Shown: piece after piece, positions 58,614 to 64,000 of the stretch | Numbering within the stretch: position 1 is the stretch's first letter | How the letters are laid out: each line of letters starts with the position of its first letter | IMG/VR virus record: IMGVR_UViG_3300036715_003254 | Location: 32,001 to 96,000 of that record | Length of the DNA: 64,000 nucleotides | Reading direction: 5' to 3' (one strand) | Source of the DNA: a virus | Notes under the pieces: generated by a model | Told to the model about the DNA's origin: nothing | What the model saw: the letters and a program-made list of their open reading frames with translations, nothing else | The model's database searches: none | Program-made: the position numbers and the translations under genes

Positions 58614-59888
58614 TCATATTACCTGCTTAACTTGTGAGTAATCTACTGTAAATCTACAAAAGAAGTCAGAATCATTTAGACCTGTTCCTTCGTCAAAAGG
58701 ATTTCTTCCGAAAGCATATCTATAAAATACAACAAGGTTTTCTTCGCCTGTTTCAGGATTAGTTGCTGTAGTAATAGTAAGATTATAAGGGGAGAAAATC
58801 AAACCTGAATCAGTTTTAAATTTACCAGCATTAAATCCAACAATAACTTCTTCATCATCTTGATAGTTACTTTTTATAATATCGATATATCCGAGAGCTT
58901 TACCTATATAATCTGTGTCTGTAACTACATTTTCTTGTTCAGTTTTACCACCTTTTGATAGGTCAAGAGCACCAGAAGCTGAAAGAGCAGCAACAGTTCT
59001 ATGTGAAGCAATAGCGAAGCCAACAATATTTCTTCCTGTTCTTTTAGAAATATCAGCAAGCTCTTTTACTATTTTGGTGTATATAATCGTGTAAGCGTAA
59101 ATCAAATCTGTAGAACCATCTCTATCACTTACAACAAGATCTCCGCCTTCTCTTGCTATTGCTCTAAGATAATCAAACAACTCTTGCTCAACTTCGTTGT
59201 TTATTTCTTCTGCTAGAGTTTTAGCTATAATCTCTACAGCATTTTCCATTCCAAATTGAGCTTGAATATCTTTTATAACTTCTCTAGTTAAAACGGATTT
59301 AATCTTTCTAGTTTGAGTAGTAAGAGTAAGAGCTCTAATAGAATGATTAATTTCTCTAGGAACAAGTTTTTCACCATCAGAAGTAAGGAATGGACCAGAA
59401 TAAGTATTGAATACCTTTTTAATAGCTATTCTTGAAGAGAAAACATCTTTTACTGTTTCTTTGTTATTTCCGTCAGTAATACTATCTCCAACAGCAAATG
59501 TTTCTCCTGGAACATCAAACTCAAGAAGAACTTTATTCAACTCAACAAATCTTACTGTTGCTATTTCAGGATTATTACCATCTTTTTTTATTCTAGCTCC
59601 AACAGTCCAAGGACAAGTAGAGGTCAATTTGATGACTTTAGTGTTATTCTCTTTAGCAGTTTTAGAATTTCCTGCGTAGTTCGCCGTTTGAACATAAACT
59701 TTGCCTATTGGGCCATCAAGAGGAACTATTGATGAAATTTTGTCAAGTATAGAATTGTTATAGGTATATTGAATTACCTTATCAAGTAGTTGTTCTTGAA
59801 AGGAAATATCTCCAACTGATGATTCGCTCAGCTGTATAGCCTTCTTTGAATTCTCTAAGACCTTACTGGCTGTTATTTCATTATTCAT
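58614..59888 (-). CDS. gp23/gp24-like capsid paralog
   Basis: Likely start MNNEIT at 59888. TRKIKSVLTREVIKDIQAQFG...LAEEINNEVEQE; GFAIASHRTVAAL; GLIFSPY...RYAFGRNPF. Confidence 0.8.
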   Translation of the reverse strand: MNNEITASKVLENSKKAIQLSESSVGDISFQEQLLDKVIQYTYNNSILDKISSIVPLDGPIGKVYVQTANYAGNSKTAKENNTKVIKLTSTCPWTVGARIKKDGNNPEIATVRFVELNKVLLEFDVPGETFAVGDSITDGNNKETVKDVFSSRIAIKKVFNTYSGPFLTSDGEKLVPREINHSIRALTLTTQTRKIKSVLTREVIKDIQAQFGMENAVEIIAKTLAEEINNEVEQELFDYLRAIAREGGDLVVSDRDGSTDLIYAYTIIYTKIVKELADISKRTGRNIVGFAIASHRTVAALSASGALDLSKGGKTEQENVVTDTDYIGKALGYIDIIKSNYQDDEEVIVGFNAGKFKTDSGLIFSPYNLTITTATNPETGEENLVVFYRYAFGRNPFDEGTGLNDSDFFCRFTVDYSQVKQVI

Positions 59889-59987
59889 TAAACAGAACCT
59901 CTTTTTTATTTTGTACAATTCAAATCTTTACTATTTATTTGTAAGATAATCATAAACAGATATAATTATCTATAGTCCAAACTACTT

Positions 59988-62531
59988 TTAATTAGCTTCT
60001 ATGACATCTCTATATTTTTTACCCAACTCGAGTCTCTTACTATTCTGTTTGAACCCTATTTGCTCCAAAAGAGTCCTTTCTTCTTCGGTTATTTCATTCA
60101 GAGTGTACCACTCCTTTAATTTCATACCGTTGAATTTAATGCAAAGATCGAGAAATTTCTTGTATTTATTCTCTTCGCTACTCATAGAACTTTCAAGAAG
60201 AAGCTCAGTTCTCCTTTTCTTCAAGGTTTTCTTGTCATCTTTTAAAAATATAAAGAGGCGCTTTAGAGTAAAAATAAAATTTCTATCTCTTAAACTTTCC
60301 TTATATAGTTCTAAAGCATATTCCCTAGAAAAAGTTTTATATTTTGAAAACCTTATTCTAATCGACTCTAGTTCACTTAGAAGTTTTTCTTGTTCACTAA
60401 ATGTTTTTTTACCTTCAAAAATTTCATCTATTTCTTTCAACCGATTAGTGATATATTCATCTTTAGAACTCTTCTTCAACCTTTTTACAAATTTCTTATC
60501 AGTTACTTCGGTTACTCTTTCAAACTGTTCAGAAAGAAGAAGCCTAAATGAAAAATAATGAGAGTTATCAAGAAGATTTGAAAACGCTCTAATCTTATTG
60601 ACAAAATACTGCTCTTCTGAAGGAACAATATTTCCATACTCATCATACGATTCAAATTCTATGTTTTTAAAATCTTCTTCCATAATCTTGTCAAGGATCT
60701 TGTGCTCAATCGGTAGATTCTTGAATTGCGATTTCTTCACATAGAGGAAAACCTTTTCTACATTCCTTACTCGCTTAATCATTTGGAGGCTTGAAATAAC
60801 ATCGCAACTCGATGAACAATCATAATGATAGTGTCTCTTGTAATGGTTTAAAATATTAACGCCAACAGTAATTGTAGGCGAATAAATTAAGACATCCCAA
60901 AGAATTTCTCTCTCTTTTTCTCCTATAATCTTAAGAATTTCTTTTTTGTGTTCAATCGAAAGGTCTCCAGAAACAAAAAGAACTTTTTTACCTTTCAACT
61001 CTAACTGTTTCTTAAGCTCTATTGCAAAACTCTTTGATGTAGTCGAGACAGATATTTTGTCATTATCTTCTATTATAGTTTTGATAAGAGTTTGCTCGTC
61101 GGTATCAACAAACAAAGAACAATCTTGTTGGTCTTTCCTTTTATTTTCTATTTTCAAAATCGAATCATATTCGCTTAGAAAATTATTTTCAAAACCTAGA
61201 AGAAAGGCGTCAGCTAATAAAATCGGCATCTTGTTAGTAAATATACTCATAAACTTTTTAATAGTCTGTCTCTGTTTTGTCGAAAGCGTTGATAGGTTCT
61301 GAAATAGAACAGAACAAAATTCATCTATAATGACTATGTCGAAGTTTCTAAGGTCGTATTTCCAAAGAGACTCAATTTGTACAATAAGAGAATCTCCTAT
61401 TACATAATCATCATCCAAATATGTTTTTATATTATAGCGCTCAGAGTAGTCTATTGTCGAATTTATTCTATTACTTAAGAAAAGTATTCTTCTATTTTTT
61501 CTTTTCAAGACCTCTTCTATAATATTTGACTTCCCAGAACCCATAAATGATTTAATTTTTAGAGCAACAGAATGTTTTTTTGAAAGGAACGCCTCTATAA
61601 ATTCGATAGTCTTCTCGTCAACCGACAAGTACTGTTTATCTACTTTATGGATTGTTTCAAAGGCGAATTTAGAATATAACTTATCTCTTAATCTCTGTTC
61701 TTGTTGTTCTTTTAGAAACTTTTTCCCTGTAAGAGTGTTAGCAAATTCTTTAAAAATGTTTACTGATTTATTCTTATCGTGATGATGCATTATAAATGGC
61801 GAATTTTCAAACCAAAAATAACCGTTCTTAGTTTTCTTTTCGCTATAATGCGAGAATTGAAAAGAGCCGTTATTGTTTTTATAATCTCGAACTCTTCTAA
61901 ATCCCATTTCGGTAAACTTTTGAAGCGCCCAGTCTTTTTCAATATCTGAAGACGAAGGAATAACAAAATCGATTTGTTTTTCTTCAAATACTTCTAATGT
62001 GAGTTTACCATTACCGTTTAAGTTGTCTAAAATTATTTTAGAATTTTTAGTAGGCGCTTGATATGATGAAGCGTTCAATACGTGTTCATCTATACTACAT
62101 ATATTTTTTAGATGTTTATTGATTGTTTTAACATAAGATTTGATGATATCCCTTGAAAGAAAATCTTTTAAATAAAAAATTCCTTTCATATTAAAACAGT
62201 CAGTGTTGTTAAAGGAACGAGATGTAATTAGAAATACAGGAAAATCATTAAAGAGAAAATAATTTACAACCTTTTTAAATTGTGCTAATGTATCTACGTG
62301 GTCAATATCAAGAATAAAATAGTTTGATGTTTCCTTATATCTAAGAAATTCTTTTTTCCTCTCGCAAGTAATTATATCATCCGCTAGAGGATGATTCAAA
62401 TAAAATGATGATGAAAGAAAGTCTGCTAGATTTTCCTTAGACACATTGTATGAAACGAATTGAAACTTATTATCTTTTGAAAATGGAACTTTCTTATTTG
62501 AATCAGTAATTAGTTGAGTAAATCTAAACAC
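59988..62531 (-). CDS. SF2 helicase of the origin-binding (UL9-like) type with an N-terminal primase-like domain
   Basis: KSFMGSGKS, IIDEFCS, YSPTITVGVNI, LQMIKRVRN; N-terminal ILDID motif. Confidence 0.75.
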   Translation of the reverse strand: MFRFTQLITDSNKKVPFSKDNKFQFVSYNVSKENLADFLSSSFYLNHPLADDIITCERKKEFLRYKETSNYFILDIDHVDTLAQFKKVVNYFLFNDFPVFLITSRSFNNTDCFNMKGIFYLKDFLSRDIIKSYVKTINKHLKNICSIDEHVLNASSYQAPTKNSKIILDNLNGNGKLTLEVFEEKQIDFVIPSSSDIEKDWALQKFTEMGFRRVRDYKNNNGSFQFSHYSEKKTKNGYFWFENSPFIMHHHDKNKSVNIFKEFANTLTGKKFLKEQQEQRLRDKLYSKFAFETIHKVDKQYLSVDEKTIEFIEAFLSKKHSVALKIKSFMGSGKSNIIEEVLKRKNRRILFLSNRINSTIDYSERYNIKTYLDDDYVIGDSLIVQIESLWKYDLRNFDIVIIDEFCSVLFQNLSTLSTKQRQTIKKFMSIFTNKMPILLADAFLLGFENNFLSEYDSILKIENKRKDQQDCSLFVDTDEQTLIKTIIEDNDKISVSTTSKSFAIELKKQLELKGKKVLFVSGDLSIEHKKEILKIIGEKEREILWDVLIYSPTITVGVNILNHYKRHYHYDCSSSCDVISSLQMIKRVRNVEKVFLYVKKSQFKNLPIEHKILDKIMEEDFKNIEFESYDEYGNIVPSEEQYFVNKIRAFSNLLDNSHYFSFRLLLSEQFERVTEVTDKKFVKRLKKSSKDEYITNRLKEIDEIFEGKKTFSEQEKLLSELESIRIRFSKYKTFSREYALELYKESLRDRNFIFTLKRLFIFLKDDKKTLKKRRTELLLESSMSSEENKYKKFLDLCIKFNGMKLKEWYTLNEITEEERTLLEQIGFKQNSKRLELGKKYRDVIEAN

Positions 62532-62534
62532 CTT

Positions 62535-63515
62535 CTAGAACCTTAGTGTTACTTGAGCAGGAAGACCTTCTTCTATGTTTTCATTGATTAGTATTTTAAT
62601 CTGTTCCGGTTTAAAATTTCCATTAACCAACATCTCATTAAAATCTTTGTATTCTATTTCTTTTGGCCACATAAAGGCTTTAAATCCTTCATCCACATAT
62701 TTCCTATAAGACTGTTTCGCTTTCATATCGAAATTATAATTGTCGAGACAAATAACATAGTCTCTCTTGTACTTAGAAAGAATTTCTGAAGAAGAGCCTA
62801 GAACAGCCATACTATTATCTTGACCTGTAGAAAGAGCGTCGAATATTGACTCACAAACAAAAACTTCCTTTGTTTTGTCAGTTTGAAATATATTCCAAGC
62901 CTTCGGCAGGCTTTCGTCAAATAATTTGGTAATAAATTGTTTTCCTACTAAACTCCTACCTTGAAACCCAAACCAAGTACCGTCTTCTCTTAAAAGAGGA
63001 AAAATGATAAAGTTGTCAAGATACATATCAAACACATTTAAATTTTTCGCTTGATATACTTGAATATTTCTTCGCTTTATTTCAGACAAGACTTTTCTTT
63101 TTTCAAGGTATTCTATCGCTTCACTATCAATTTCTTGAAATGGATTTTCAAAATCATCAATAACTTCTTCTTCAGGCTCTTTTTCTATTATAGGCGGCAA
63201 ATCTTCAAAAACTAAATCATCAAGACTTTCTCCAGTCAATGATTTAAAACTGTTTTGTCTTAACTCATTTCTATAAGAGTCAAAAAATTCTGGACAATTT
63301 TCCTTGAAGAACTTATAAAAGCTTGAACTATAATCACAGTTAAAACAGTGTACATAGTCCTTTTTGTTGTTTTCTATAAACCAAAATCTTCTTTTTCTTT
63401 TATTCTTCTTAGAATCGCCGCAAATAGGACATCTTATATTATATTTGTCACCAACTTTCTTAGCGTCTAGATAAGCGTATTTTATGAATTTTTCTGCTAA
63501 TGGAGTCATAGTCAT
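62535..63515 (-). CDS. gp61: DNA primase (gp61-like)
   Basis: RCPICGDSKKNKRKRR...HCFNC zinc finger; GFQGRSL; VCESIFDAL TOPRIM; KDFNEM. Confidence 0.93.
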   Translation of the reverse strand: MTMTPLAEKFIKYAYLDAKKVGDKYNIRCPICGDSKKNKRKRRFWFIENNKKDYVHCFNCDYSSSFYKFFKENCPEFFDSYRNELRQNSFKSLTGESLDDLVFEDLPPIIEKEPEEEVIDDFENPFQEIDSEAIEYLEKRKVLSEIKRRNIQVYQAKNLNVFDMYLDNFIIFPLLREDGTWFGFQGRSLVGKQFITKLFDESLPKAWNIFQTDKTKEVFVCESIFDALSTGQDNSMAVLGSSSEILSKYKRDYVICLDNYNFDMKAKQSYRKYVDEGFKAFMWPKEIEYKDFNEMLVNGNFKPEQIKILINENIEEGLPAQVTLRF

Positions 63516-63531
63516 AAATCCTTTAAGAGGA

Positions 63532-63553
63532 ATTATACCTAAAATAAGTTTAA
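63532..63553 (-). promoter_or_regulatory. TTAAACTT-N8-TATAAT promoter upstream of primase
   Basis: Recurrent motif with the same spacing. Confidence 0.6.
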
Positions 63554-63560
63554 AAGGAGA

Positions 63561-63582
63561 AAGGAGAGTTTAAACTCTCCTT
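63561..63582 (-). terminator. Terminator after rnh
   Basis: AAGGAGAGTTT/AAACTCTCCTT palindrome overlapping the stop codon. Confidence 0.6.
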
Positions 63583-64000
63583 AAAAATCGTCTAGAGTAG
63601 TATCCTCTTTTTCGACAGGTTTAACGTAGAATGTGCTCAAATTCTCGAACATTTCGTTCAAGTTATGGGCTAGGAAGTAATCCATCATACCTTTTGAGTC
63701 GTAGTGTGCTTCTGCTTTAGAATATTCTTCGAGTATGGCTTTCTGAATATCTTCAGGAATATAATCAAAGTCTATGAGGACTTTGTTCCTTTCAAAATTC
63801 GATTTACAAATTTCCGGAAGTTTCTCAAAGTTTTCTTCAAAATTTTCGAGAAACTTATTTACTCCTACTTCACCAAACATAGCTTTCTTATAGATAGGCT
63901 TGTCGAGAAATTCAGTTTGATATTTCTCAATCAACATACCTGAGATTTGAAGCTTAAAGAACTTGTCTACTTCGGTGACGAAAATATTTTCTCGTCTAAG
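63581..64000 (-). CDS. rnh: T4-type RNase H / 5'-3' exonuclease, 3' part
   Basis: FERNKVLIDFDYIPEDIQKAILEEY resembles the T4 RNase H C-terminus; the frame is open to the window end. Confidence 0.8.
   Translation of the reverse strand, partial: LRRENIFVTEVDKFFKLQISGMLIEKYQTEFLDKPIYKKAMFGEVGVNKFLENFEENFEKLPEICKSNFERNKVLIDFDYIPEDIQKAILEEYSKAEAHYDSKGMMDYFLAHNLNEMFENLSTFYVKPVEKEDTTLDDF

Noticed and set aside
1-64000. Stop-codon reassignment, inteins or tRNA genes
   Set aside because: Core genes are intact under the standard code, and I saw no intein splice motifs or tRNA cloverleafs by eye (tRNAscan was not run).

Overview
This window is part of a low-GC, T4-like (myovirus) phage genome. Gene content and promoter style resemble phages of Campylobacterota hosts (host assignment is inference). 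It holds a partial portal gene, a replication/late-transcription block (AAA+, gp44, gp59-like, gp33, gp46, gp47, gp55), a baseplate/tail block (gp6, gp25, PAAR, gp5, gp27, gp53-Kelch fusion, gp48, tape measure with M15 peptidase, gp26, gp19, gp13), an accessory fibre region including a 3545-aa NHL-repeat protein, the tail sheath gene, two gp23/gp24-like capsid paralogs, an origin-binding-type helicase, primase and a partial RNase H. Signals not shown by the ORF track: (1) a group I intron (53442-55208) splitting the tail sheath gene, with an HNH ORF in its P1 loop; (2) a 65-codon ORF with an ACG start encoding a class III signal peptide (pilin-like) protein; (3) a probable -1 frameshift in the chaperone gene upstream of the tape measure gene; (4) a duplicated, covarying structured leader ahead of two fibre genes that share an N-terminal module; (5) a pseudoknotted leader ahead of the sheath gene; (6) inverted duplicate fibre genes about 45 kb apart; (7) a giant propeller array apparently inserted into a small structural domain; (8) two copies of a ~53-bp palindromic element resembling an IS200/IS605 end. 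All protein calls come from motif recognition and synteny; no database search was run.
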